Origin: the human T2T-CHM13v2.0 reference genome, Homo sapiens
Assembly: GCF_009914755.1 (NCBI RefSeq)
Contig: NC_060934.1
Strand: one strand, 5' to 3'
DNA length: 64,000 bases
The stretch's first letter is position 1. Every line of letters starts with the position of its first letter. A program made the position numbers and the translations under genes. The notes beneath the pieces were generated by a model that had not been told where the DNA came from, searched no databases, and saw only the letters and a program-made list of their open reading frames with translations. Of this stretch, positions 31,981 through 45,099 are shown one piece after another.

Positions 31981-32012
31981 AAAAATGAAGCAATCAAGCA
32001 AACAAGAAACTC
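29900..32012 (+). mobile_element. Old L1M 5'UTR + ORF1 + inter-ORF region
   Basis: A-rich decayed ORF1 (AAACTGCCTGACAAAAATTCAAAATAG; AAAACTTTCCAAGCCTAGAGAAAGATATAAATATCC) and long L1M-type inter-ORF ending in (GAAA)n at 31910-31985. Confidence 0.8.
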
Positions 32013-32887
32013 AAGCAGATCCTGAGTTGTTGACCTCAGTATGTCATAGAATAAAGTCATCATTTATGTTGAAAGACACAACCCTGGCCATTTAGAAACA
32101 CTTAAAAATAGAGCTTGGAATCTAGATAGTCTAAATCTTTTATAAATAAATAAACTGAGATTATGTATTTGTCAAATAAGTTGAGATAAGTTTCTAATAC
32201 ATTTTAGAAAGATCTTTATACTACATTTATTTAAAAAAAGTTTTAATTTTGAAACAGAGTAAACTCTCCATTCAGTAGAAAACTAGGCCATGCAGAAAGG
32301 CTCACTAGAGTTGTTGGCAGCAGACTGGCAGAAAGGAGAATGGAGGAGAAAATATGAATATGACTATACTGTCTTTGTTTATTTGTTTATAATTCCAAAT
32401 AGAAACTCACTGAAGACCGCTCTTGATGGGTCCAGTTATTATTAATTGACTGAATTGGTGGTATAAATGCTGCAAATACAAGCACAGAAATTACAACCTT
32501 GAAGGAATTTTAATCAGTTTGAATTACATTACTGGCATCACCTTCCTTCTTCAGCGTGTTTTCAGTTCTATTTGCATATTGCCTAGTTGTTGATGCTTTT
32601 TTTTTTTTTTTTTTTTTTCAGAATTTAAGATCCCATGGTAATTCACCAGAGATGAGAGTATCAGGCTGCAGTTTTTTAGTAAGAAAATTTACAATTAATA
32701 TGTATTTTGTAGTTAGAAGCACCATTGAATGACTGTAAGAGTATGCATTTTACATTTTAATCTGTGTGCATGATACATGCTAGAGTTGGACAGTAGCCAA
32801 GCTGAATGACTGTATGTGGCAGCTCTAGATTGCAAAAATTGCTGAACCACAAATTTTACAAAGGTAATTAATCATTTTTCTTTCTTT

Positions 32888-33929
32888 TTTTTAAAAAAAA
32901 AAAAAACTAAGTTCTAGGATACATGTGGAGAACGTTTAGGTTTGTTACATAGGTATACATGTGCCATGGTGGTTTGCTGCACCTATCAACTCGTCATCCA
33001 GGTTTTAAGCCCCATATGCATTAGGCATGTGTCCTAATGCTTTCCCTCCCCTTCCCCCCCACAACAACAGGCCCTAGTATGTGATGTTCTCCTCCCTGTG
33101 TCCATGTGTTCTCATTGTTCAGCTCCCACTTATGAGTGAGAAAATGCAGTGTTTGGTTTTCTGTTCCTCTGTTAGTTTGCCGAGGATGATGGTTTCCAGC
33201 TTCATCCATGTCCCTGCAAAAGACATGAACTCATCCTTTTTATGGCTGCATAGTATTCCATGGTGTATATGTGCCACATTTTCTTTATCCAGTCTATCAT
33301 TGATGGGCATTTGGATTGGCTCCAAGTCTTTGCTATTGTAAATAGTGCTGCAATAAACATACATTTGCATGTGTCTTTATAGTAGCATGATTTATAATCC
33401 TTTGAGTATATACCCAGTAATGGGATTGCTGGGTGAAACGGTATTTCTGGTTCTAGATTCTTGAGGAATTGCCACATTGTCTTCCACAATGGTTGAACTA
33501 ATTTACACTCTCACCAACAGTGTGAAAGCATTCCTATTTTTCCACATCCTCTACAGCATCTGTTGTTTCCTGACTTTTTAATGATTGCCATTAATGGTGT
33601 GAGATGGTATCTCATTGTGATTTTGTTTTGCATTTCTCTAATGACCAGTATGATGAGCTTTTTATCATATGTTTGTTGGCTATATAAATGTCTTCTTTTA
33701 TGAGGTGTCTGTTTATGTACTTCACCCACTTTTTGATGGTTTTTTTTTTTGTAAATTTGTTGAAGTTCCTTGTAGATTCTGGACACTAGCCCTTTGTCAG
33801 ATGGATAGATTGCAAAAATTTTCTCCCATTCTGCAGGTTGCCTGTTCACTCTGATTATAGTTTTTTCTTTTTTTTTTTTTTGCTGTGCAGAAGCTTTTTA
33901 GTTTAATTAGATTCCATTTGTCAATTTGG
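32888..33929 (-). mobile_element. 5'-truncated L1PA7/8
   Basis: L1 3'UTR and ORF2 C-terminal ORFs 33202..33489, 33511..33849; TSD ATCATTTTTCTTTCTTT / ATCATTTTTCTCTCTTT. Confidence 0.93.
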
Positions 33930-34222
33930 ATCATTTTTCTCTCTTTATGTTACTAAACAGAAGATGACAATAAAGTTTCCTACTCAGCAGAAATTAGGAT
34001 GCTTCAATTTCATGTTGCTAAAACTTTACAGAATTTTATTCTATAAAAAAAATCCTGATATTGAGTAAAATTAACCCCTCATTTAAAAAATATCAATCAG
34101 AGTGCTCCATTTCGCAGACTATTGTCATATATATTTGAACTCTTCGCTCTTGGACTATGACTTTGAAATACCATTTCATGTGGCTTTGGGTAAAATCCAT
34201 TTATACTAGATATCACTTACAT

Positions 34223-34310
34223 TTATAAGTGTGTTTGTAGAATATTTGTAATTATAAGCGTGTTTGTAGAAATATTTGTAATTATAAGTGTGTTTGTAGA
34301 AATATTTGTA
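34223..34310. repeat. Minisatellite, 3 x ~30 bp
   Basis: TTATAAGTGTGTTTGTAGAAATATTTGTAA unit repeated three times. Confidence 0.93.
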
Positions 34311-34716
34311 CAGATGTTTGTAAAACAAGTTAAATACTTTGGTTTACTTCTGAAAAGATAAAGTTTCACATAATATTTATTATTGTTGCTATCATGGCTC
34401 TTTTCAAAAGAAAAAGCACTCATGAGTTTATACTTTAGGATATCCAAATGATCATTAATTTTTTTTAATGTGAGACCGAATTTATGGATCTAGAACTTTA
34501 AATAATATGGGCTCATTAATACCCAAATATGTAGGTTTGTTATCTCACATAAGTGAGTAATACATGAGAAAGAAACATTCTGTTCTAGCTTTTTTAAAAA
34601 ATGTAGCTTGTGTTTAAAAATGGACACAAAGCAAATATTCTGTTCTATTTATTTCATTTGCTTTTCACAATATGTAAAATTTTTAAATAAATGGCATGCT
34701 TGAAAATTTAAAAAAA

Positions 34717-35415
34717 GAAAGAAAGACTCCACAAAAGAAATAAAAAATGAATGAAATGGTAGTAGAAGGTTTATACCTATCAACAATTACCTTGAATGTA
34801 AATTAATTAAGTTATCTTATTAAAAGAAATAGAGTAAATTTATGGATAAGAAACAAAACAACAATCCAAGAATCAATTGCATGCTATCTACAAGAGACTG
34901 ACTTCACCTGTAAGGACATTAATAGACTGAAAGTGAAGAGATGAAAAAAGATATTCCATGCAAATGCATATCCAAAAATTAAATTAACTATATTCATATC
35001 AAATAAAATAGACATTAAGTCAAAAACTGTAAAAAGAAACAAAGAAGGTCCTTATATAATGATGAAAAGGTCAATTCTGCAATAGGATTTAACAATTATA
35101 AACATGAATGCAGCCAATACCACAGTAACTAAATTTATAAAGCAAATATTTATAGATATAAAAGGATAATTAGACCACAATACTATATCAGTAGAGGAGT
35201 TCAATACCCATTTTAATTAATGGACCACTCATTCAGGAAGAAAATTTTAAAAAGAAATTTAGCAGTTGAATTTAAACTGCACTCTATACCAAATGAATCT
35301 AACAGATATTTACAGAACATGTCATACATCAGCTGAAGAATACACATTCTTCTGAACTGTGCATGGAATATTCTCCAAGATAGATTATATGTAAGTTCCC
35401 AAAACAAGTCTTAAC
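34717..35415 (+). mobile_element. Old L1M ORF2 endonuclease region (continuation of 29900-32012)
   Basis: CCTATCAACAATTACCTTGAATGTAAAT (ITLNVN), CTACAAGAGACT (LQET), GAGGAGTTCAATACCC (GDFNT-like). Confidence 0.85.
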
Positions 35416-35424
35416 TAACCTAAG

Positions 35425-37656
35425 ACACTCTGGATTTTCTACTTGATTCTTTTTAATTATTTCAATCTCTTTGTTGAATTTATTTGAGCTTCCTCAAACA
35501 ACTATTTTGAATTCTCTGTCTGAAAGGTTACATTTCTCTATTTCTACAAAATTGATCCTTGGTGACTTATTTAGTTCATTTTGTGAGATTATATTTTCCT
35601 GGATAGTCTTAATACTTGCAGAGGTTCATCTGTGTGTTTGCATTGAAGAGTTAGATATTTATTGTAAACTTCTTAGTCTGAGAATGTTTGTACTGATACA
35701 TCTTGGGAAGTCTTTCCAGCTATTCAAAAGGACTTTTAGTGTTATGATCTAAGCACTGTCTACTTCAGGTAGCAACATAAGCTCAGTAATGCTGTGGTTC
35801 TTACAGACTCATAGAGGTACTACCTTGATAGTCTTAGACAAGGTCCGAATAATTCTCTGGATTATCAGGCAGAAACTCTTGTTCTCTTCCCTTACTTTCT
35901 CCCAAACAGAGTCTCTCTCTCTCTCTCTCTCTCTGTTCTGAGCCACCTGGATCTCGGGATGGAGTGACACAAGCACTCCTGTAGCCATTAACATGAGGGC
36001 TGTGGTGGGTGAGACCTGATGCCAAAACAGTACTGGGTCTTACACAAGGCCTGCTGCAACCACTCTCTGGATACCACCTACATTTGCTAAAGGCCACAGG
36101 ACTATACAATCAGCAAGTGGCAATGCCAGCCAGGCCTTTGTCCTTCTCTTCAGGGTGGAAAGTTCCCCCAGGTCTGAGATATGTTCAAAGTTTCCACCTA
36201 GAAGCTAGGGACTGTAGTCAAAAATCTTAGAATTGTACCTGCTGTTCTATTGTACTGCAGCTGAGCTGGCATTTAAACCACAAGATGCAGTCCTTCCCTC
36301 CCCTTTCCAAAGGCAGAGGAGCCTCATCCCATGGCCACCACCACCACACCCTCATAGGGAGTCCTGCCAGACTACCGCCAATGTTCTCTTCAGGCCCAAG
36401 GGCTCTTCAATCAGTTTCAATCAGTTTATAATGAATGCTCTCTGGCCTGAGACTCACTCTTTAGGGCAATGGTCTCCCATCTGACCCAGGGCAGGACCAG
36501 AAATGTCATCCAAGAGCCAAGTGCCAGAGTCCGGGACCCCAAGATTCTACTTGGTGCTCTACACCCCTGTGGCCAAGGTGGTACTTTAGGTGCAATATAA
36601 AGTTTCCTTTGCTTTTCCCTCTGCTTTTCTTAAGTGGAAGGGGTCTCACCTCATTGCCATCACAGCTGGGAATGTGCTGAGTCTCACCTGAATCCAGCTA
36701 GTCTTAGAATCTCAGCAAAGGCCCTCAACATAGTACCTAGGTATTGCTACTGGTTATTCGGGACTCAAAGACTCTTCGGTTAGCTGGCGATGAATCCTGC
36801 CAGAACTGGGACTTTCCTTTCAAGGCAGCAGATTCCCTTCTAGCCCAAGTGGTGTCTAGAAAAATTGTACAGAGCTAGGGCCTTGAAAGGATATCTCGTG
36901 ACTCTGACTGCTGCCCTATTTTGCTGTGACTGAGCTGATATTCAAGATGCAAGACAAAAGTCCTCCCTAGTCTTCCATCTTCCTTCCTCAAGCAGAGAGA
37001 AGTGGTCTTATTTGGAGCTACAAGTTCTGCAGCCTAGAATTAGGGAGAGGGTGATTCCAGCACCCTCTTAGCTACCCTACCTATTTTTTCAGTCTATTCC
37101 ATCCTCCCTACCTCCCCCTGGTCTACTGTCTCTAGGCCCATTTCAGCCCTAGAACTTGCCTAGCTGTTGCAGTCTTTGTGGTCTAGACTGTCTTTCAAGT
37201 TTATTTAGAGTCCCAGAGCACTTTAGCCTGTGGTGGTGAGGCTTGTGGGAACTCAAGTTCCTACTTCTGGGATTGGCAATTCCCCTCTGGGCAGGGCTGG
37301 TATAAATGCCCCCTCTGTGGGCAGGAATCACCTGAGTTTGGTTTGATTTTGTTTTTTGCCATAACGTGGCAGGACTGAGTCAACCCCTCTCCCCAGCACA
37401 TAGAAAGGCTCTCCACACCGTGTTGCCACTGTTAGGGGACAAGGGAGGGTTGGCATCAATGATTCAAGACTGTTTTTCTTATGACTTAAGCACCACTTTC
37501 AGTGATATGAAGTTAAAACCAGTTACTGTAAGTGCTCCCCTGGTTTTTTATTCTTATGAAGGTCCATTTTTGTGCATGTATAGATAGTTGTTAAACTGGT
37601 GTTTTTGTCAGGGAAATGATCGGTGGAGCTTTCTATTTTGCCACCTTACTCAGCAT
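35425..37656 (-). mobile_element. L1PBa/L1M1-type 5'UTR and ORF1 start
   Basis: GAGCTTCCTCAAACAACTATTTTGAATTCTCTGTCTGAAAGG (ORF1 antisense); long 5'UTR ending GAGCTTTCTATTTTGCCACCTT. Confidence 0.8.
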
Positions 37657-37807
37657 ATCTATGTCTAATTTATAAATTTAACTTTATCATAAGTATGTAT
37701 GTATAGAAAAATTTTATGGTATATATAGGATTCAGTACAATCAACAGTTTCCGGCATTCACCTGGAGTCTTCAAAAGTATCCCACATAGATAAGGGGAGA
37801 TTATTGT
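37657..37807 (+). mobile_element. MER44/Tigger7 right end
   Basis: CTAATTTATAAATTTAACTTTATCATAAGTATGTATG...GATAAGGGGAGATTATTG followed by TA. Confidence 0.8.
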
Positions 37808-38530
37808 ACCTACTTACTTTCCACAGACAAATGACCTCAGGTCCCTAGCATTTGCCTTATTGCTATGGACCATGTCTTTTTTGCTACTATTTAAAGGGGC
37901 AGACTTAAATATTGTTTAAGAAAGCAGAGAAAATACAAAGAGCTGTTGGCAAATCTGAAATTGAAGTTAGGCCTAAAGTTTCTGTTCATGATCATACTCA
38001 TCATTCAGGGTATAAAGAATGTCATACATGCACTCTATTCCTGATACTACATCAATGACAGTAATCAGCCTGTAAGTCTCTTTGCCTCCTCATTCAAGTG
38101 CAAAATTTTCAACATTTTCTACACAGTGATAGAGAAAAAAATATAACTGGACTGCTCTACATGAAACTCTAATTTTCAAATGGGCCAGAAGATAGAACTT
38201 ACGAAAAGCAAACAGACATTTTCTTTATATAGGTAAGATGAGTAGGTCAGTTTGTTTGGAGGAAAAGCAAAAATAGACAGTATGAATATGTGACTACATT
38301 TATGATACGCACAGGCTTTTGCTAACACCTAAACAGAGATAAAAATATTTACGAAGTAAAATTTTAACACAAATTAGATTAAATGGATATTGCTTTAATC
38401 AAACTGGTCTTTTCTTCCCATAAATAAAGGCAAGAAAATTCAAATGTTTTATTAACTGAACCAACTACAGCTTCCATTACCCCACATATTCCAGCATGCA
38501 AATAATACTATGGCACTCTTTCAGGAGTAA

Positions 38531-38864
<334 letters not shown>

Positions 38865-39179
38865 TGCAAGAATTATTTTTTATAAAAATCTAAATACCTT
38901 AAATCTACCATTAAAGGAATTAATAAGGCAGCATCTTGAGGGAATAGCACCTTCTAATTCAATTGTGTACATGAGTTAATAAAACCATTTCTCAATTGCT
39001 TGTCTTCCTATGCACATCTTAACCATCCTCCAATAATGACCTTAAATCTAACCCCCTCTCCATGGATCATTGTGTGATTTTGCCATATTTGATTATGACC
39101 TTGCATTTATCTAAATGATATAACACCTAAATTATGCTTCTTTTTGAGCACATATTATATTCTGCCACAAGTTATGTTT

Positions 39180-39710
39180 ATATGTGCCTTTATCTTATTC
39201 TGCAACTGGGCTACTATTTTTTCCTGATTTATATTTCCATTTCCTATAGCAATGTTAAGGCCTTGCTGACCACAGTTACTCAATAACTCATCTGAAATGA
39301 AAGGTTAAGTGAATGAACTAAGCATAGCATTTTAAGTTTCAGTTCTTCTAATTTAACTCTGTTAGGTATCACCTTACTTGTCAAAAATGCCATGTAATTT
39401 TAAATCCATGTAGTAAAGATTTTTATTTTATCTTTATTCTTAAAGTTCAACTTTGAATGAACTAATAATTTTATAAGATTGTTATTTTCTCTTCTGGTTC
39501 TCTTTATACTGTCTAAGGATCAGAACAGTTTCAGTCTGTATTTGTCCTTAACCCATTGCACCTTATGGCTTTTTTTTTTTTTTTTTTTTGCCACTGTCTC
39601 ATGAGCCTCTGAAAAACAGAAACCATTTGGATATACCTCTTTCTCATATCACCAAAGCATATGGTATGATGCAGAGCATAAAAAATATTCACAATTGAAT
39701 AGAACTTTCC
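39180..39710 (+). mobile_element. Two L2 3'-end remnants
   Basis: ACTCAATAACTCATCTGAAATGAA..GAATGAA (~39280-39320) and ATGGTATGATGCAGAGCATAAAAAATATT..TTGAAT (~39660-39700). Confidence 0.5.
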
Positions 39711-40073
39711 CTTTTCAGACAATCAGTTTTTGCTTATTTAGTGAGGATATATCATCATAAAAGTTGTGTCTGTCAAGGTATTGGCAACCTACACTGTTAC
39801 CACTTCCGCCCAGAGCTACCTAAACTAAGTAAATGGTGGTCCTACCAGCAGAAACAAAGGGGATTTGTAAGCTAAAATAAACATAGATGTGTTAGGGAGT
39901 TTTCAAGTGAAAGTAATAGAAAATCCCATCTTGAAATGGGTCAATAAAACTGAGAAAGGTTTACCAGCTTGATTGATGTAATGGCTCAACTGAATTATCA
40001 AAGATTTCATTTTGGTTTTATCTTAGTCTTCACTTCTAAACAATTCAAAATAATTGATGCAGTTGAGGAGATA

Positions 40074-40250
40074 TAGGGCCAGGACAATAGTGAGGTAAGT
40101 GAGCGACTTGCCTTGGACACAAAATTAAAAGAGGCACAAAAGAAACTGCAACTAAGATGAACAAAATATTTAAACAATATTTTAAAACTTCAAAATTAAT
40201 GTAAAAATACATAATAAACAGAGATAAACATTTTAAACAAAGACAGGATA
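40074..40250 (+). mobile_element. MER96B-like hAT element, 5' part
   Basis: AGGGCCAGGACAATAGTGAGGTAAGTGAG...CAAAATTAATG...TTTTAAACAAAGACAGGAT. Confidence 0.65.
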
Positions 40251-40899
40251 CATCAAAAAGCGTCCTATCTGTGCCCAGGATGCTTCTGCTTGCATTGACA
40301 ATGACCACTGTTGCTTCCTTTAGCAGATAAGGAATAATTAACAAGAGGGGCTTGAAGAGGACAGGAAAGTTTCTCATTGGTCCCAACCTTGCCTTTGCTG
40401 AATATTTTACCTCCTCATCTCTCCCTTTATTAACTTCAGCTTAGTGTGTGAAGTTTAGCCTTTCCAGCTATGCCCTAGCATGCCTGGTATTTAAGACATT
40501 TTAAACATCAGGGAATTCAGCACATGGGTAGACTAAGCCTCTGTTAGCAAACTTTTTTTGTTGTTGTTTTTTGCTCTCTTCAAAAAGCCACTTTGGGATC
40601 AAGCTTGCTTTTTCCTTTATAATATAGTCCAATATTCTGGTTGTTTTTCACCAAGCTCCTAATGGTGTAGTTTCTGGACATAAAGTCTAATATCAAATCC
40701 ATGCTTCAGTAGGCCTCATTTTAACTCTTTTGCTACCATAAAATAAAGATTGAAAACTTCCACATATTGTGGATAAAAGTTTTGTTTTTTTTTTATTTTT
40801 TTGTCTTCTACCTAACTCCTTTACTTAATCAAGTTCACACTTTTAATGAAATTGAATGGGTCCTTAATTGTCCCATTCACAATTCCAAATCCTATAAAA

Positions 40900-41400
40900 A
40901 TTTGGAATGTTCTTGGTTAAGAGAAACAGCAAACGACTCAACCTGGCCTACTAATAAAGAGGACTGAATTGCTCATATAAAGTCCAGGAATAAGGAGACC
41001 TTCAGACTCACATTCAGGTAACCTAGCCATATAAAAGTAAGAAAGAATAGTTTGTTCATTTGTCTGTTTATTTTTTCATCTCTATCTTCTGCCAACTACA
41101 GTCTTGTCTTCTTCTAAATAATTATTTTATCATAGTCATGGAAAGGTTTATCACAATTGAGAATAATTGATTCCTAGTTCACAGTCAAAGGAAGGACAAT
41201 CTGTTGTGACTCAACATTTCAATCACAATTACCACAGACTCACTCCTATTGAACTAGCTTAGATCATATGACTATTACTAAAGCAATACCTGGGAATGGG
41301 CTGATTGGCTTAGGCTATCAGAGCCTAGATAAAGAGCTGCTATATTTTACTTTCCCTTGAAGCATTTGGCATACTTGAGGGAGAGGTTGAGATACCCTAA
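40900..41400 (-). mobile_element. Ancient MLT1J/K-type MaLR LTR remnant (related piece ~39888-39975)
   Basis: TCTTGGTTAAGAGAAACAGCAAAC; CTAGCTTAGATCATATGACTATTACTAAAGCAAT; CTGATTGGCTTAGG. Confidence 0.5.
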
Positions 41401-41678
41401 AAAATAAATGGTTACATTTATAATTATGGAAGAGAAAATAGATTCTAGATATTCAACCACAAATTGCCACTGGGAAGAAACTAAGTTAATTAGATACACA
41501 TATTTTTAATAATCAGATAAGAAAGAAAGCATACTAGGTCTTGTTTGATCACTGTAAGGAGGAACAAAAAAAAAGTTTGAGTACGCAGTTGGGCTCAAAA
41601 GGTAAGATTAGATTGCACTGACCTTTAAGTGCATATGACATTTTGTCATTAGAAAAAGGTCAGGATAATTATTTTTTT

Positions 41679-42255
41679 CTGGATTCTTAAAAGTTTTGTG
41701 TCATGGACTCCTTTGGCAGTTTATTGGATTTTATGTATTCCTTCATTAAGGAATGGTATATGTTTAATGCAAGGATCAAAGAAAACACACACACACACAC
41801 ACACATATACACATATATGATTATAGAAAAACAATAATTTTATTGAAATACAAGTGATCTGTGGACTGCAGTTAAAAACTCCTGATAGATCAATGACTCA
41901 TTACTGGGTGGAAGTCAAATCACCTAGATTTGCAGCATTCAAACAAATGAACAAAAAACTAGAGAACCATTCTAGGAATATTAAATTAGAATCTCTACAT
42001 AAGATGCTGGCATGAGTAGTTCTCTTGTTTTTTCTTTATGATTATTATGTGATTCTAAAGTATAGTTATGGTTGAGAACCACTCATCTACAACAATATTT
42101 TTTAAACTTTATGTGCTTTTGAATAACCTGAGCATTTTGTTAAAACATAATCTGATCAATGGGCCTGGGATAGAGCCTGGAATCTTGTATTTCTAAATAG
42201 CTTTCAAGTAATGCTAATGTTTCTGGCCTATGAGGAACACTTGTTGTAACAAGGG
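41679..42255. mobile_element. Cluster of hAT-Charlie MITEs (Charlie4-like 41679-41884, MER5A/5B-like 41900-42255)
   Basis: TCATGGACTCCTTTGGCAG...CAGTTAAAAACTCCTG; GGTTGAGAACCACT; GGGCCTGGGATAGAGCCTGGAATCTTGTATTTCTAA. Confidence 0.6.
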
Positions 42256-42539
42256 GCCAAGCAATCATTTACTTTCTTGAAGTAAAATTGTTTTGCAAAT
42301 TTATCCATGTTTAAAAGGCAGAATTATGTCATCTCGCCAGAGTTAAGAAGTCTTTTTTTTCCCATTATGCTTATTTTCTATTTTGACTTTTTCCTTGGCA
42401 TGCTTATATATACAAAGTTTCATAAAATAAAATTTTCACTTGCTGAGTTTCTTTTCTGACATTATTATTTTATTTTATTATTGCAGAAAAATAGTTTTTT
42501 AGGTGTAGAAAAAAAGAATAAAAAAATGATTTTCTTGGT

Positions 42540-44390
42540 GTTAAATAGGGCACTTGATCAACGTTATAAATGAACCAGACCTAAAAGAGATATATGGAAT
42601 ACCCCACTCAATAAAAACAAATACTTTCTTTTCAAGTGAACATGATAAAACATATGTTAGGCCACAAAACAAGTCTCAGTACATGTAAAAAATTGAGATC
42701 ATACAAAGCATCTGACATGATGAATAAAGAGAGAAATCAATAACAGAAAGAAAACAGAATTATTTACAAATATGTGGGGAAAAACAGTTCACTCTTTGAC
42801 AATTTAAGTTTCTTTTAAACAAGGATGCCAAGAAGATTTAATACGGAAAAAACTGGTTTCTTCAACAAATAGTACTGGGAAAACTGTATATCCACACACA
42901 AAATAATGAAGCTTGACTTTCATATCATATAGAAATTAACTCAAAATGGACAAAGACCTAAATATGAGATAAAATTATAACAATATTAGAAGAAAACATA
43001 GGGATAAATCTTTATTACCTTTTATTTGGCAATGGATCCTTAGATATGACACCAAAAGCACAAACAACGAATGAAAATTAGATAGACTGAACTTTATGAA
43101 TTAAAAACATTTGCATATCAAAGGACATTAAGAAAGCAAAAAGACAGTGTACAGATAGGATAAAATATTTGCAAGTCACATAGCTGACAAGAGTCTATTA
43201 TCCAGAATATACCAAACACTCCTACAAGTCAACAACAAAAAGTCCAATTTATAAGAAAAGAAGATTTTAATAGAGATTTCCCTGAAGAAGATATACAAAT
43301 AGCTAACAAATACATGAAAAGATATTTAACATCATTAGCCATTAGGAAAATGCAAAGCAGAACTGTGTTAAAATCCAGCTTCACATATATTAGGAAAGTT
43401 ATAATAAAACCAAAACAAAAATAAAAACAGAAAATAAGTATTGGCAAGGATGTGGAGAAATCAGAAACCTCTTACATTGCTGGTGGGAATAAAAGAATAC
43501 AACTGCTGTGGAAGTTTTGTGGTTCCTGGAAAAGTTATATATATAAAATTACCACATGACCTAGAAATTCTACTGCTGGCTATATGTCCAAAAAGTTTTA
43601 AACAGAAACTTAAAGAAATACTTTTGTGTAAATACTGAATACCACTATTCACAATAACCAAAATGGTGAAAACAACACCAATGCCTAAAAATAAATGAAT
43701 GAAGACTGAAAGCGTGGTATACATACAGTGGTTTATTATTCAACCATAAATAAAAATGAAGTACTTAGGCACGTAATATCATCGATTAACCTCAAAAAGA
43801 AAATATTAGACTGAGTGAAGGAAACCGGAAACAAAAGGTCACATACTATATGATTAAATGTATATGAAATATGCAGAATAAGTGCATCCAAAAAAATAGA
43901 AAGCCTCTAGGAAGCCTCCCCTTCCCCCTCCCCCTCCCTTTCCCCTTCCCCCTTTCCCCCCGCACCCTTCCTTCCTTTCTTTCCTCCCTCCTGTATAGAG
44001 AAATTAAGACTTAGTAAAGTGACTTGTCCAGGTAGCAGGTATCAGAGCCTGGACTCACACCTGTGCCTCTGTCTTGAGACCAGCAGGTGAGTGGGCACTG
44101 GTTGAGTAGCGTGTTTTCGCTCAGGTGGTCTTGCACCTGGCCACCCTGCGGGCCGGCGTGCTCTGTCTCTGCGGTTCACTGCACAGCGTGCATTCCATTC
44201 AGAAAAATAGAAGGGCTGGCGATAATGAGAAATAGGGAGTAACAGTTCAGAAAGTGTAGGATTTTCTTTTGGGATGATGAAATGCTTTGTAACTAGATAG
44301 ACATTATAGTTGCACAATGTGCTAAATGCGAATGTACTAAAATTGTATACTTTAATTAATTTTGTGAATTTCACCTTAATAAAAAAGATT
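42540..44390 (+). mobile_element. Old L1MB-type element (deleted ORF2 + 3'UTR)
   Basis: ATGTTAGGCCACAAAACAAGTCTC; TTCAACAAATAGTACTGGGAAAACTG; 3' end TTTCTTTTGGGATGATGAAATG...GAATTTCACCTTAATAAAAAAG. Confidence 0.85.
43902..44202. other. GC/CpG-rich non-L1 insertion inside L1MB 3'UTR
   Basis: Polypyrimidine tract, MIR-like piece and CpG-rich unique DNA; flanked by AAAAATAGAA at 43892-43901 and 44203-44212. Confidence 0.7.
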
Positions 44391-44764
44391 AATTTATGAG
44401 CCATTAAAACTTTGTCTTAGCCAAAATTTATTTTAAAATAAACTCCATATAAAACAAAAAACATACACTACTAGAAGAATACAGCATTTACAGTGCTTTA
44501 GGACAAATTTTCAAAACAAAAAGTAGTGAGAAAAGTTAATATTTAATCTACTTATTAAGTATGTACATTTCTCTCTTTATTCAAATGATTCCCATAACAT
44601 GGTCACAAGATAGCATAATCACTCTAAAACAGATGGCCTCCATATCGTAAGCCATCTAGTCAAGACCTATTTTTGTCTAATGCAAGAAGAAGCACCATTT
44701 AAACAATGATTCTACCATGTTTCTTTCTTTTTTAAAATAAATAAAGGTCATGAAAACACTGTAC

Positions 44765-45010
44765 TACTCTGATGTTCAATATAAGAGCCACATGTTATTA
44801 TCAAGCTTTTGAAATGCGGCTAGACCAAATTAAGATTTGCTGTTAAGTGTAAAATTTTAATAAAATTTCAAAAAAGATTTCAAAAACGTAGTTCAAAAGA
44901 TGGCTGTCAAATACCTCATTAACACTTTTATTTATTGATTGCATGTTAAAAAATACTATTTTGGATATCTCAAGTTAAATAAAATAAATTTTAAACAATA
45001 TTCCTTTATT
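44765..45010. mobile_element. MER3/MER33-like hAT MITE
   Basis: GAGCCACATG..TTTGAAATGCGGCTAGACCAAATTAAGATTTGCTGTTAAGTGTAAAA; GATTGCATGTTAAAAATACTATTTTGGATAT. Confidence 0.7.
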
Positions 45011-45099
45011 AATTTTTAACAAGAAACTTAATATTTGATGTAAAAATTAAGTCTGCAGATGGGTAATATATAAAATTCATAGCCTTCGGAAATGTCTGG

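Larger units (their letters stand above)
32013..34716 (+). pseudogene. Putative processed retrocopy or orphan transduction of an unidentified mRNA 3' end
   Basis: Non-repeat-like sequence interrupting an otherwise contiguous L1M; AATAAA at 34686-34691, 18 nt spacer, then A-tract at 34710; L1M resumes at ~34717. Confidence 0.6.

Noticed and set aside
32598-32645. T-tract + CAG ... GTAATT as a 16-nt microexon
   Set aside because: Lies within the putative retrocopy; a T-run followed by AG is common and there is no gene context
34223-34310. ~30-bp repeats resembling a CRISPR array
   Set aside because: Head-to-tail units without spacers in primate DNA; a minisatellite
40045-40386. 113-aa hydrophobic ORF
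   Set aside because: Antisense of an A-rich MER96B-like relic; hydrophobicity comes from T-richness
44042-44404. 120-aa ORF
   Set aside because: Chance frame across antisense L1MB and the GC-rich insert
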